The translations under genes and the position numbers were made by a program. A stretch of DNA of 64,000 bases from assembly GCA_002269645.1 (NCBI GenBank), contig NIVC01000859.1:1-64000 (forward strand), written 5' to 3'. Origin of the DNA: Macrostomum lignano. Its lineage: Eukaryota. Shown here in pieces: positions 20,045 to 33,250 of this stretch. A model generated the notes under the pieces. That model made no database searches. It worked only from the letters and a program-made list of their open reading frames with translations, and was not told the origin of the DNA. Each line of letters opens with the position of its first letter. The stretch's first letter is position 1.

Positions 20045-22195
20045 AGATTCTGGGGGTAGTAATCGTGAGATTCTGGGGGGTAAGAATCGTCAGATTCTGG
20101 GGGTAAGAATCGTCAGATTCTGGGGGTAAGAATCGTCAGATTATGGGGGTAAGAATCGTCAGATTCTGGGGGTAAGAATCGTCAGATTCTGGGGGTAAGA
20201 ATCGTCAGATTCTGGGGGTAAGAATCGTGAGATTATGGGGGTAAGAATCGTGAGATTCGGGGGGTAAGAATCGTGAGATTCTGGGGGTTAGAATCGTGAG
20301 ATTCTGGGGGTAGTAATCGTGAGATTCTGGGGGTAGTAATCGTGAGATTCTGGGGGTAGTAATCGTGAGATTCTGGGGGTAAGAATCGTGAGATTCTGGG
20401 AAAAGAATCATGCTTAAAACGATTCCTTTTATTTCAAAGTTGCAGCGATTTTTTATTACCCATGCGATTTTTGCAAGCCGAGAGTCGGTGGCAACACTGT
20501 TAAGCAATCACAGAAGCTAAAAACCCACCTGCGAAGTGCGAATCTGCCTGAGACTGGCATGAACTCTGCGTCCCACGCCGTAACGATGGGGCTGCACGTG
20601 ACTGTCAAGCTGCTGCTGAGCTGCTCGCTGACATCGTCCGCTGATGGCATTGCTGGGCTTCTGGACTCGGAGTCTGAGGGCATAGCTGATTTAAGATGTG
20701 CCAAGAGATCGATCTGAATCTTATAAGTCTTATAAGATTAGTGTAATATAAGAACTGCCAAATGCGTGGGCATATATATTTATAGTAAGGTGTGTTAAGC
20801 AGACAGACTTAACTCTGCGTCCCACGCCGTAACGATGGGGCTGCACGTGACTGTCGAGCTGCTGCTGAGCTGCTCGCTGACATCGTACGCTGCTGGCATT
20901 GCTGGGCTTCTGGACTCGGAGTCTGAGGGCATGGCTAATTTGAGATGTGCCAAGAGATCGATCTGAATCTTATAAGTCTTATAAGATTAATGTAATATAA
21001 GAACTGCCAAATGCGTGGGCATATATATTTATAGTAAGGTGTGTTAAGCAGACAGACTTAAGTCAAAGTTGTCTGTCTTAAGGGAGACTGCTCCCCAGGG
21101 TAAGAATCGTGAGATTCTGGGGGTAAGAATCGTGAGATGCGGGGGGGTAAGAATCGTGAGATTCGGGGGGGGGGGTAAGAATCGTGAGATTCTGGGGGTA
21201 GTAATCGTGAGATTCTGGGGGTAAGAATCGTGAGATTCTGGGAAAAGAATCATGCTTAAAACGATTCCTTTTATTTCAAAGTTGCAGCAATTTTTTATTA
21301 CCCATGCGATTTTTGCAAGCCGAGAGTCGGTGGCAACACTGTTAAGCAATCACAGAAGCTAAAAACCCACCTGCGAAGTGCGAATCTGCCTGAGACTGGC
21401 ATGAACTTTGCGTCCCACGCCGTAACGATGGGGCTGCACGTGACTGTCAAGCTGCTGCTGAGCTGCTCGCTGACATCGTCCGCTGATGGCATTGCTGGGC
21501 TTCTGGACTCGGAGTCTGAGGGCATAGCTGATTTAATATGTGCCAAGAGATCGATCTGAATCTTATAAGTCTTATAAGATTAGTGTAATATAAGAACTGC
21601 CAAATGCGTGGGCATATATATTTATAGTAAGGTGTGTTAAGCAGACAGACTTAACTCTGCGTCCCACGCCGTAACGATGGGGCTGCACGTGACTGTCGAG
21701 CTGCTGCTGAGCTGCTCGCTGACATCGTACGCTGCTGGCATTGCTGGGCTTCTGGACTCGGAGTCTGAGGGCATGGCTAATTTGAGATGTGCCAAGAGAT
21801 CGATCTGAATCTTATAAGTCTTATAAGATTAATGTAATATAAGAACTGCCAAATGCGTGAGCATATATGTTTATAGTAAGGTGTGTTAAGCAGACAGACT
21901 TAAGTCTGTCTTAAGGGAGACTGCTCCCCAGGGTAAGAATCGTGAGATTCTGGGGGTAAGAATCGTGAGATGCGGGGGGTAAGAATCGTGAGATTCGGGG
22001 GGTGGGTAAGAATCGTGAGATGCGGGGGGGTAGTAATCGTGAGATTCTGGGGGTAAGTATCATGAGATTCTGGGAAAAGAATCATGCTTAAAACGATTCC
22101 TTTTATTTCAAAGTTGCAGCGATTTTTTATTACCCATGCGATTTTTGCAAGCCGAGAGTCGGTGGCAACACTGTTAAGCAATCACAGAAGCTAAA
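20045..22195. repeat. Higher-order tandem array: 23-bp minisatellite blocks alternating with ~250-bp units, overall period ~842 bp
   Basis: (gattctgggggtaagaatcgtga)n at ~20045-20400, 21095-21240 and 21930-22075; near-identical ORFs at 20456 and 21298 are 842 bp apart. Confidence 0.95.
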
Positions 22196-22500
22196 AGTTA
22201 GTTTTTATTGACTTCATATTTTAGGAATTTCAGTTTTCTGCAGTTAGGAATAGAAATAAGGGCCATCCAATTTGAAATTCAAACCTTTGCTAAATAAGAA
22301 CCACTCCAGTAAATTTAAATATATAGATAAATATAAATAAATCTACCAATGATAAACATTGCAAGGCAAATACTTTGCTAACTATTCAAAAACTCAATCA
22401 ATCAATTCATGTACCTATTGGTAAAAATTTTTTCCCAATTGGTCACATTTCTATTTATCTCATTAAGTCCCTACTAAAAGTAAAAATTGGTACTGAATGA

Positions 22501-22893
22501 GCAAAAGTACTCAACAATTCGTCGCCTCAGCAGCCTCAGCCGCCACCTCAGCAGCATCAGCCGCCACCCCAGCAGCCCCAGCCGCCACCTCAGCAGCCGC
22601 CCCAGCCTCCATTCCCTGTTAGGTTCTCTGCATTCCCAGCCACCAACGAACCTATAAGTATCTGCGTGTCGGCTGTAGGCGACGATCCCTTGGTTTTCTA
22701 CTTGCTGTGCGACAACGAACAGAGCAGAAGTCTGAGCAACCTGGTCTGCTCGATGGTTGAATACTACAACGGTTTGAAGCCTGACTATCCGCTAGGCTGC
22801 AACCTTTGCCCAGGCGAATTGGTGGCCGCTTATTATGAGCCAGATCAAACCTGGCAACGGGCCAGAGTTGTCAGTGTTGACCTACTTTTTTAA
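22501..22893 (+). CDS. Probable exon of a Tudor-domain (TDRD-like) gene, preceded by a Pro/Gln-rich tract
   Basis: Stop-free frame from 22501: PQQPQPPP.., then DDPLVFYL..LSNLVCSMVEYYN..PGELVAAYYEPDQTWQRARVVSV. No ATG, so exon boundaries are uncertain. Confidence 0.7.
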   Translation, partial: AKVLNNSSPQQPQPPPQQHQPPPQQPQPPPQQPPQPPFPVRFSAFPATNEPISICVSAVGDDPLVFYLLCDNEQSRSLSNLVCSMVEYYNGLKPDYPLGCNLCPGELVAAYYEPDQTWQRARVVSVDLLF

Positions 22894-23477
22894 AACTACT
22901 TTTAAGAAGTTCATGATTAAACATGTCTATTAGACATAATTTTTTATGTAATGTCCCATTCCCTAGAAAATGAGTTAACACAGTGATTTTTAGTGCTTTT
23001 TAATTTTAGGCCTCAAATTGCAGCTTATGAAGGTACATGTGCCCCCTTGCCCTGGGCCTAATGCCCCTTAAATATATAAGGCTCTGCTGACTATGTGCAC
23101 TAAGTATAGATTTTCAGATATAGATAAGATAACATTAAGTTTCTTCAGACTGCCATGCAGCTTATTCAATAATATACAAACAAAAATCATAAGGCTCATG
23201 AAGTCATGCTTAGACTACTGTTTGTTTAAAAAACTAGTCAAAATTTCTTGAATTTCACCTTGAACTTTATCTACAATGTAAAGATAAGCAAAAATTATCA
23301 TTTTTAGCATGTTAATTTTGCAGCATTTATAAAGTTTTTAATCATAACATAAGTTTAACTTATTAATTTCATTTATAATATATAGGCTATAATTCATGTA
23401 TTGCTAACTTGCATAAAAATCCAAACTTTCTACTTTCTGAGCTGGCTGACACATTCACTTGTACCATCAAGCTGAAC

Positions 23478-23757
23478 CAGGGGCAGGGGTGGATTTAGGG
23501 GGGGGGGCAAGGCGCCCCCTCCCCCAAAATAGCTTGACCGAACATATCCCCCCAAAAAACCTAAATGTGTGCCCTCTAAATGTGCTTTTTTGCCCCTTAT
23601 ATGCATTTTTTGCGCCCCTAAGCTTGATTCTTCGCCCCTACATGCATTTTTGCACTTCATAGCTTAAAAATTGGCGCCCCTTACACTCGTGTTGGCACCC
23701 CAAACTTGGACTGCCTTTCCACCCCCCCCCCCAAATGAAACTCTGAATCCGCCACTG
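23478..23757. mobile_element. hAT-type MITE
   Basis: Perfect 8-bp TSD agctgaac (23470-77 and 23758-65); imperfect TIR caggggtggatttag / ctgaatccgccactg. Confidence 0.85.
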
Positions 23758-25639
23758 AGCTGAACCCTAAGCATAAAACCCCCTCCTTGGAATTCAGCAT
23801 CTGTGCTTGAATTGATGTGCTTGAAAGTGTCACAATGTTTATTTCATATCTTCAATTTCAAAATGACTTTCAAGTCAAGACATTTATATTAATATTAGTT
23901 TCCAATTCTAATTGCATAGCTGTACTACATCTATGACTATGTAGCTTAGCTAGCAAATTTTTACTTGGGCCTATATGAATAAGTAGAATATAATGCCTAA
24001 TGGGTATTCTATAAGACTAATAAGACATAAGAGTATAGAGGGTTTTAGGATAACAACATTCAGACAAGCAGAATTATTATAGGTAGCTAATCTTAAGTCA
24101 TTTATATTTTGAAAGGACTGCCCCTATTCCAATTAATTGCATTTGCATAGTTGTACTATTACTATGTAGCTTAACTAGTGGCTACTAGCTTGCCTGCATG
24201 GTAGCTGGCAATGGCAATTGGCTGGGACTAGGGCCTTTACTTTATATCTGCAAATTAGCATGAAGAAACCTAAATTAAAAATTATTGTTGTTTAATAATA
24301 TTTAACCCCATATACTGATATACATACACCATGTACACTTAGTCTAAATGTTATTTGAATTTTCATTGTTTTATGGCAATTGTTATTTGTCCGATGACTG
24401 GACGAATAGCGACATGGTTATTCATCCGGTTACCAGACAAATAGCCATTTTGTTATTCGTCCAGTTAAATATATATTACTAGTACTATCTACTTGTAGGG
24501 AATATGTCTGGTTTTTAACAGCTTCTTACTCGTATCTTGAATAATATATTGTTATACTAGTGTCCAGTTAAGTTGCTAATATAAGTTTTTCTTCTTTAAA
24601 GTATTTGTTAAGTAATTATTATTCTGCATTTTTAGAACCTTTTTTCGTATCTCAGTTAATATTTTGTTTATACTGATAGCTATTAGAAAATGGTAATAAA
24701 CATTTACAAAATTAAAATACAAAATTATAAATTAAGCATTGCCATCATTATAAATGGCAATGGCAATGATGTCAATGATGATGATAAGATGTTCTAGTTA
24801 TAGTTAGGCTTCTATAATCATATGAATACAGTTACTGCCATTTGCATTGTGACAGCTAGAGAACTAGTTCTAATGCTAGAACTAGTTATTACCAGTGGCT
24901 GTGTCATATTTAACAGGTTATAACTGTTATAATATAGCTCATATGATAAAATACTTATAGCCATATATAGGCCTAGTCATGCAGCTCAGCAGCTGCAAGC
25001 AAAGAGCTGCAAAGATGGTTATGGCTAGAGTTCCAGCACCAGAACTAGTCCCTAACAGCTGTGTAACTGACACTGCTGGATCTTATATCTAGGGTAATAA
25101 TATAGCCATAAGAAAACTGGCTACTGGCTTTGCTGCCAGAACTCTAGCTAGTGTGGTAGGCCGGTCTACCACTGGGGCTTCGGCAACAGTTGGTGACGCG
25201 CGGAACGCCTTCATCCGGCGGACGATTCTTTCACGTCATTTCGGCTCCCCCGGTTGAACTGTCTTCTCCCCCCGTTGTTCCCACCTCCGGTCCATCGGTT
25301 GCCCCTTCCCTTGGTCCCGCTTTGTTTTGCCAATTTCCACCCGGGTTTGTCCACTTTTCCCACCGGTGTTCCCCCCTGTGTTCCCCCTGGTGTCCCCCTG
25401 ATAGTTTTTTTTGCGTTCTTTTGGTATTTAATCTTTGGCGTAGCTTTAGTTTGTCAACCCCCCCTTTTCTTCTTTTCTTCTTGGTTGTTTTTAGTTTGTT
25501 CTTATAGGCCGTGACTTTAACTAAGCCTTGTTAGTTTTCTGATAGTTGCACGGCACTGTCTCGTAATCATCCGTCTAATTGTAGTGTGTAACAATTACTC
25601 TATCGCCTAACTCCATTTATTAGTCAATTAGCTTGTCTT

Positions 25640-26340
25640 AGTGTAATATAAGAACTGCCAAATGCGTGGGCATATATATTTATAGTAAGGTGTGTTAAGC
25701 AGACAGACTTAACTCTGCGTCCCACGCCGTAACGATGGGGCTGCACGTGACTGTCGAGCTGCTGCTGCTGTGCTGCTCGCTGACATCGTCCACTGCTGGC
25801 ATTGCTGGGCTTCTGGACTCGGAGTCTGAGGGCATGGCTGATTTGAGATGTGCCAAGAGATCGAGCTGAATCTTATAAATCTTATAAGATTAGTGTAATA
25901 TAAGAACTGCCAAATGCGTGGGCATATATATTTATAGTAAGGTGTGTTAAGCAGACAGACTTAACTCTGCGTCCCACGCCGTAACGATGGGGCTGCACGT
26001 GACTGTCGAGCTGCTGCTGCTGTGCTGCTCGCTGACATCGTCCACTGCTGGCATTGCTGGGCTTCTGGACTCGGAGTCTGAGGGCATGGCTGATTTGAGA
26101 TGTGCCAAGAGATCGAGCTGAATCTTATAAATCTTATAAGATTAGTGTAATATAAGAACTGCCAAATGCGTGGGCATATATGTTTATAGTAAGGTGTGTT
26201 AAGCAGACAGACTTAACTCTGCGTTCCATGCCGTAACGATGAGGCTGCACGTGACTGTCAAGCTGCTGCTGAGCTGCTCGCTGACATCCGCTGCTGGCAT
26301 TGCTGGGCTTCTGGACTCGGAGTCTGAGGGCATGGCTAAT
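25640..26340. repeat. 252-bp satellite, ~2.8 tandem units, same family as the 20-22 kb array
   Basis: agtgtaatataagaactgcc starts at 25640, 25892 and 26144. Confidence 0.95.
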
Positions 26341-26364
26341 GAAATTTAGCCATGGCTAATGAAA

Positions 26365-26500
26365 ACGATATGAAATTTAGGTGATTTGAAAGAGCGTGCA
26401 AATATTTTAGGCGTTGTGAAATTTAGGCGATATGAAATTTAGGCGTTGTGAAGTGTGGTGGTTTTGGGCGTTGTGAAATTTAGGTCTTATGAAAGCGTCC
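26365..26500. repeat. ~17-bp degenerate tandem repeat (tgaaatttaggcgttg)
   Basis: Several copies ending in ..atgaaagcgtccc; possibly one arm of a foldback element. Confidence 0.7.
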
Positions 26501-27122
26501 CGCAAAAGGCAACACTGTGGGCCCAATGACTGAGCAAGGGAAGGGAACCCTAAATTATCGATCGTGAGGGCGTGGGAGCTGGGGTGCCATTTTTTCTACT
26601 TGGAAAGAGGAGGACGGGGGGTTCGATAAGGATGGGCTCGGCTAACGGTCGGCCATAAACTGACCCAGTCAGACAGTCGGATTTGTGGGGGGCGATGGCG
26701 TGGGGTTGTTGCCTGGCCTGCCGTACGATTCCTCAGTGTACGCAAATCTCCTAACCCTAACCCAGTTAGCTGCCTCTCGTTCCCTCTTCGTTCGAGCCTC
26801 CCCATGCGTCATTCTATTTTTAGACCGAGGGCCTCGCAAGTGCACTCCTTCCCTCTCGCTCTTCATTTCTTCGTCTGAGCCTCTCCCTATGCGTCATTCT
26901 ATTTTCAGACTGAGGGTCTTTGGGCCCGTGTCCGAACCCTCCCTCGTGCGCGCACAGGCCACCCTTCCTGATGTGCTGATGCGCATTGTGCCAATCTGCG
27001 GATCTGCTGATATTGCAGCAGAATTGCCAACGATTTTCACCTTACCTCTTCTAGTCTTCTATTCCAATAGCTGTTGTAAGGGTGGCGGTTGCCTGACCAG
27101 ACCTAAAATCTTACATTACCCG

Positions 27123-27530
27123 CAGGCGCGTCGCCATGGATTTTATGGTTTGCAGGGGGGGACAAAGCCAAGATTATTCAAAATCGGTGTGGTCACTGTC
27201 AGTCAGCACCCATTTTAGCGCCGCAGGCACTTATTTTAGCGCCACAGACACTCATTTTTTGCGCCACATACACTCATATTAGTTCCGCATGCACTCATTT
27301 TAGCGCCGCAGGCACTCATTTTAGCGCCGCAGGCACTCATTTTAGCGCCGCAGGCACTCTTAGCGCCGCAGGCACTCATTTTAGCACTCATTTTTGCGCC
27401 ACATACACTTAATTTAGTTCCGCATGCACTCATTTTAGTGCCGCAGGCACTCATTTTAGCGCCGCAGGCACTCTTTTTGCGCCGCAGGCACTCATTTTAG
27501 CACTCATTTTAGCGCCACAGTACTCATTTT
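27123..27530 (+). mobile_element. Truncated copy of the 10.9-kb MITE family with the 21-bp minisatellite
   Basis: caggcgcgtcgccatggattttatgg matches the 10866 end, and the same repeat unit follows; no right TIR found. Confidence 0.75.
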
Positions 27531-27999
27531 ATCGGGTCCTTTGCAAATTCACGTCATGCTACTGTCAGTGGGTGACAATGCGTGTTTTCCCTAAATTATT
27601 TTCTATATCTGGGCCTTACGCGGGTCTGACGTCAGATTGACGTCACTTTGCATGCATTCGACAAATAGACGCGGTTGCAGCTACAGGCGCATATGCGTCT
27701 TAATCAATACAGCACGAAGCCTGGTTGCCTTGCTTCATTATTATTTTTGGAATCTGATCTGACCATGCCAGCAAATGGCAGGAAAGTTTATACTATAAAT
27801 GTATCGTTCTTATCTTCCATATCATGCATGCAAACACAAGTCCCATGGAGATGGAAGCAGAAATTACTCATTGGTCTCTGCTAACCCAAAGTAAACAACA
27901 CTGATTCACAAGTCCTAACTAGCACTTTTCCTGAATATCTGTAGATATTGTAACGTTTTGTAACGTCTTCACCATGCATCCATGCAGTACCAAGCAGAT

Positions 28000-28880
28000 G
28001 CTTCTTCTTCTTCTTCTTCTTCGGGCGTGCTCGGGCCAGGGCCCATGGCACCGGGCGTCAGATGGCGCCCGCCTTCCCGAGGAAGTTCAACACCGCGACG
28101 CAGTTCTCGAAAACTGCCGCGGGCTCCGGGCTTGGCCCCCAGAGGCGGCAGCGGTGTGATGTCAGGGCGGGGCAGGAGATCAGCAGATGGGCCGCCGTCT
28201 CCTCTCCATCGCCACAGAGGCGGCAGGTGGGGGCCACGTCAACGCCGATGGCGGCCTGGAAGCCCCGCAGGGCCGGGCAGCGGTCGGCGCGCAGCTGGCA
28301 GATCAGCCGCTCCTGCCGCCGCGTGAGGTCGCTTGTCGGCTGAGGCGGCAGGCGGCCCGCCGTGCAGGCAAGGTGCCAGGCAAGCGAGCTCGTGCTCGCC
28401 GCCTCGGTGGCCGCCGCGTTGTAGATCTGGTGCCAGCGGGCGAGGCAGTAGCGGCGGACGGCAGCCTGCGCGGCAGCTAGCGGTACGGGCGCGGTGCCTT
28501 GCGCCAGCGTGGTGCCTTGCTTGGCGATCTCGTCCACGGCCTCGTTGCCTGGGATTCCCGCGTGGCCAGGCACCCACTGCAGGTGGACCGAGGTTCCCCG
28601 GGCCGCGAGGTCGGCGAGGCTGCCCCAGACGGCGTCGATCATGGTGGCGCCCGTCGACCCGGGGCCGGACGCGAGCGCGCTAAGCGCGCTCAGGGAGTCG
28701 GAGCAGATGCGGACCGGCGACAGCTCTGCCGGGTCCGGGGCCGCGAGCACCCACCGAAGGGCCTCAGCGATGGCCACTAACTCGGCGTGGAAGCTGGACG
28801 TCACATGGCCAGCAGCGACGCACAGCGTCGTGTTGGGCTCGACCAGGACGCCACTGCCGCCGTCCAGGATGCTCGGGGCT
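28000..28880 (-). mobile_element. 5'-truncated non-LTR retrotransposon (I/R1/Tad-like): RNase H, CCHC finger, (GAA)n tail
   Basis: SSFHAELVAI..ICSDSLSAL..LQWVPGHAGIPGNEAVDEIAK (RNase H); CRLCGDGEETAAHLLISC; plus-strand (tct)n at ~28000-28021. Confidence 0.9.
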
Positions 28881-30599
28881 TAGGGGCTAAGCAAAGCCAT
28901 GCCACTCAAAGTTTCTGCTCTTTCGCAATGCAGGCTCGGAGGACTTGCTTCTGTTTCCTGTCATTCATACCTCGCATGATTCATTACCCAAGCCGCTTGG
29001 CTAACCTAGAGTGCACAAAGTACATCTCTGGCGCCGATTCTGCACTTCTGGCAGTTTTGCTCACTGATTTGATTGATTGATCGACTGAGAACTGCCTTGC
29101 TATTGGTCCACTGTGACCGGCGCCTACTAGCTTAGCTACTCATCTGAGCCATCGGCGGACAAAGAAAAAAAGCCGATAAAAATAACTGTTGGATTTAACC
29201 TTCTCCTTAATTCACTTCACACTTCAGATTGAATTGGGGCTTAGACTACTGGCAGTATTATTGAATGACTTCTGCCTCAGCAACAGCACTACTGAACAAA
29301 ATGAGCAAAAGTGTGCGCCTAATTCAGCTACTGAAACAGGGGACAGATAAGGGATCACCCAATCAAGCAAATCTAGGTAGCCTCTCACCCAACCAATCAG
29401 AAACTCAACAGCCGGAGACCAGGTAATCCACAGTGACCGAATCGGCAGCTGTAGGCCCGGGATGATGCTGTCACAATCTTCGCTGTTAGCTAGCAGGTGA
29501 TGCTCTTCACTTTGATGTTCACTGCTGATGACCAGGGGACTCGTCCTTGATGATGATGGGGAGAAGTCGCAATCTGGGGATCAAGAAACGACGGTCGGTT
29601 CCTGGCCGGTGGAGCACAGGAAACACAAGGGGGAAGCAGTCAAGTGAACCGAGCGTTGCCGCGTCTGGAGTCCGAGCGGGCCAAAAACACCGGTTTAAAT
29701 AGCCGCCAACTAGACCACATTTTTTTATAATGGAACACGTCGATTCTGATTGGCTGAGCCGTTTTGTTAAAATGAGCGCCGAATTTTCTGATTGGCTGAG
29801 CTTGTTGCCACCCAAAATCACGTGACCGGGAGATCCTATCAGTTCCTACAGGGTCATAAAAAGATGACAGGTGCGGCCATAAATCAATCAAAATCGCAAC
29901 AAAATGATTTATGACTTTTCGCGTAGGATTGACAGAAATTAATGAGAAAATATACATTGGAAAGCTCTTATTAAATAGAAAGTGAAGTTAATGAAAAGAA
30001 ATCGCTAATCGCTAATCCAAAAATACTTTTAGGGGTAAAACGCATAGCTGTCAGAGCTGTCACACGCTTGAGTGAACCCGAACAATAGGCTCTGACTTCA
30101 TAAATCTGATGGCCTGTCAAAAATGATGAGAAAAAAGCTACTATTCGCATCCCCTCAAACCATCTGGCGCCCGCCTCAACACTGAGTGAGGCGCAGGTGG
30201 CTGTCAGACCAGCTTCGAAAGCGATGATTTATGACCCAAAAAGCTGCGCCTATGTTAATATGACTACTAGTGAATGAAGACGCTGTCGTCTTCAAAGGTG
30301 GGACGATGGTTTATTGGCTTATTATCTTTTATGGCTATGACGTATGAAGAACTAAGAAGCTTAGTAGGCTATGATTATAATTTGATTTAAACAAAGTTCA
30401 TGCATAACTGTAACTGTGTAGTCTTATAATAAGCAGTGATTCGTTGATACACCTTAATAAGGGTAAAGACTTTTCATTACCACTACCGACCTGTCGTTAA
30501 GTGTTTATAAGCTATTAACTAATTTGTATAAATAATTTTGGCGTTATATCGGAATTCAATATTTTCAATATACTACCCAACACTGCCTATTGCACAAGG

Positions 30600-31325
30600 C
30601 ACCTACCCCCAGCCCCAGCCCCAGCCCCAGCCCCAGTCCCAGAATCACCATGAGCAGAAGCAGCAGCAGCAGACGTCGAGACGGCAGGAGCAGACGCAGC
30701 TGGAATAGTTGCCGCACGTGCAGCTGCCGCACGTGCAGCTGCCGCACGTGCTGCTGCCGCACGGGCAATTGTCGCACGGGCAGTGGCCGAACGAGCAGCC
30801 GCTGCAAGTGCAGTATCAGCTGCAGCAGTAGCAGCTGCAGCAGGAGCAGCTGTAGCAGTGGCCTAAATTAAATTTAATATTAATTTAATTATCATTTTAG
30901 TCACGAATTTTATGTGCTTAAAATTAAAACGCAAGCTTTTGCAGCTATAACGTCTTTAAAGGATTTAGTAATTAATGAAAGTAATCAAATACATTTGCAC
31001 ATGGACTTACGTTGCGCCGCATTAATTTACATTTTCGGGCAACGTGCCCGAGAACTTTACATCAATAGCATCCTACGAATTTAAAATTTGGAGAAAAATG
31101 TTGCCTACGTTAACTAAGATTATGTAGAAATATGCAATAATTTTAACAACAAATTTATGTTTTAGACTGCTAAAATTGAAAATTTAGTGTAAGTTTTACT
31201 CACGATAACTTCTCCTGCCGCCACCGCCACCGCCGCCACCGCCGCGCCCGCCACCGCCGCCACCGCCACCACCGCCGCGGCCGCCACCGCCACCACCGCC
31301 GCGGCCGCCACCGCCGCCATGGCCG
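30600..31325. repeat. Low-complexity tracts: (cccagc)n, (gcacgtgcagctgcc)n, (cag)n and (ccg/cca)n
   Basis: Visible simple repeats at 30605-30640, 30700-30855 and 31215-31325; coding status cannot be established. Confidence 0.8.
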
Positions 31326-31678
31326 CTTGGAATTTGTGCTAAACAAGAGCAGCCACATGCACAGTAGACCGCCTTGACACTCATAATTAATAAGGCTAGG
31401 CAATGCAATGGAATTCCATTATCAACGACTTATATAAATTTCTAAAATCCTGGCCCACCATGCACTAGCGTTGACAATAGACATACGATTATGCGCAGAA
31501 AAATCTAACTTTGCATGGTAGGCGACTACTTTCTAGTAGTGATGTAAGTGAACGCAATATTGCTATGTCTGCTGTGTAGAACGTCAACGCTTGATTTTCG
31601 CTGCGCGTAACACCCACTCAATACCGAGTGACTAATAACTACATTACTACAATGTCAAAAACGCCAATTGCTACTGGC

Positions 31679-33250
31679 TCATTTCTTGCACAAAGCTAAT
31701 AAACGCTTCTGCTCATTTACCTGTGCCAGAATACCACCTGTAGAAAATAGGCGCTGAAATCTAACGAAATCGCAACAGGTAACAAACAGATCAGACAAGG
31801 CACGAACTTTACTCACCGCAGTGTAGTACAGACCTGCTGGCGGCGACTTGCGGCCCTTACCCAGCTGTACAAACGCCTTGTCAATCGTTAGGCCCTGCGA
31901 CTTGTGAATAGTGATTGCCCAGGCTAGCCTCAGCGGAAAATGCTGTCTCGACAAGCTGGCGCCTCGCTGAAGCCACTGGCTCGACACTGGCAGAATTGGC
32001 ACAACAGAAACTGATGATGCACACTCGCTGCTGCTGCTGCTACTACCATCTCCTCTGGGCAGCCGCATGGCTTGCATTGCTGGGCCATTGTAGCGCTCGA
32101 ATTCAACCCAAACGTAGTCGGGAAAAGCGTTTGGCGGCTTCTTTCCATTCGCATAGCAAATACCACGAATCGTTCAAACCGAGCCATTCGCTAGGCCATT
32201 TTCCACAGATTAGGTTCCGAGTCAACATCACGCGTGCTTCAATCGCCAGAAATAGTCGCCTGGCTAGGCCTGTCTCCGATTTCTGTTTGCTATCATTAGC
32301 ATTGTTGCCAGTCAGCGGTTGCCTTCCAGTACAAGTTGCATTGATTATCCGCACTGGATTGTTGTCATCGACAATTTTTTGCAGCTCTTCACAGTTTGCA
32401 TTAGACACATCTTCATTTGTGTGGTACAATAGCGTGCATTTGCCATTAACCTCTAGCGGTAGCATGTCTGCGGCTGCTACTTGACACTTGTCCATTACAG
32501 TCTTCCAAATGGCTTCGGTTACTTTGCCTTCGCGAAGAGACTCTAGAATGCTGGCAAACTCTGTGTCATTTGCTTGACGCACCTGCTTGTTTAGATAAAC
32601 AACCGTTTTTAAACTCTGATACACTTGATAGCCAATCGGTGTCAAATTATCTTTAGCATTCTTGTTAAACACGTACAGCTGTTTGTCTTGAACGGGAGGC
32701 AGCTGAAACACATCGCCAACCAAAATGATTGATCGGCCGCCGAAATATCCTTCTTCAAGCGTGTCTCGCTTCTCCTCAGGAAACGGTTCGCACAGACGGT
32801 TGTGCACCTTTGCCAGTGTTTTTTAGCTAACCATGCTAAACTCGGGAATGATTATGTAGCGCACATTTGACCATACCGATTGCATGTCTGACAATGCCTT
32901 GCTGCTGCCCGAAGTCGTTGAACCGTCAGCATTAGTAGTACAGGCCGTAGTCGAAAACTTTACGTTCAACTTTAACGCTGAATGCAGGTCTCGCCAGCAA
33001 TGTTGAACGCAGCCACACCAGTCGGTGCCAATACTTTGCACTTGTCCTCGCCAATCAATTTTCGTAGTGCAGCAATCAGAAAACTCTTGCCTGTTCCAGC
33101 GCTGCCATACAAAATTACTCGCAGTGGTGGAGGCATCTTTGACGACTCCTGCACTGCTAGTAGTGTTGTCACTATCAGCCAGCCGTTCAAGCTTCAATTG
33201 ATTGTCAATCATGTCGTAGAGCTTCCGCTGTCTCTCATTAAGCAGTGAAA
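31679..33250 (-). pseudogene. Pif1-family SF1 helicase of Helitron/Helentron type, frameshifted
   Basis: LRVILYGSAGTGKS, LAPTGVAA, IIPEFSMV (motif II altered), FGGRSIILVGDVFQLPPV, LNKQVRQ, RVMLTRNL, RQHFPLRLAWAITIHKSQGLT, YTAVSKV. Confidence 0.88.

Noticed and set aside
26752-26765. Telomeric repeat ctaaccctaaccc
   Set aside because: Only about two units; expected by chance.
29340-29830. Cluster of CCAAT/ATTGG motifs as a host promoter
   Set aside because: No downstream gene identified; such motifs are common in repeats.
31196-31408. Gly-rich or RGG protein
   Set aside because: A GGC/GGT microsatellite explains it; no flanking domain or clear splice structure.
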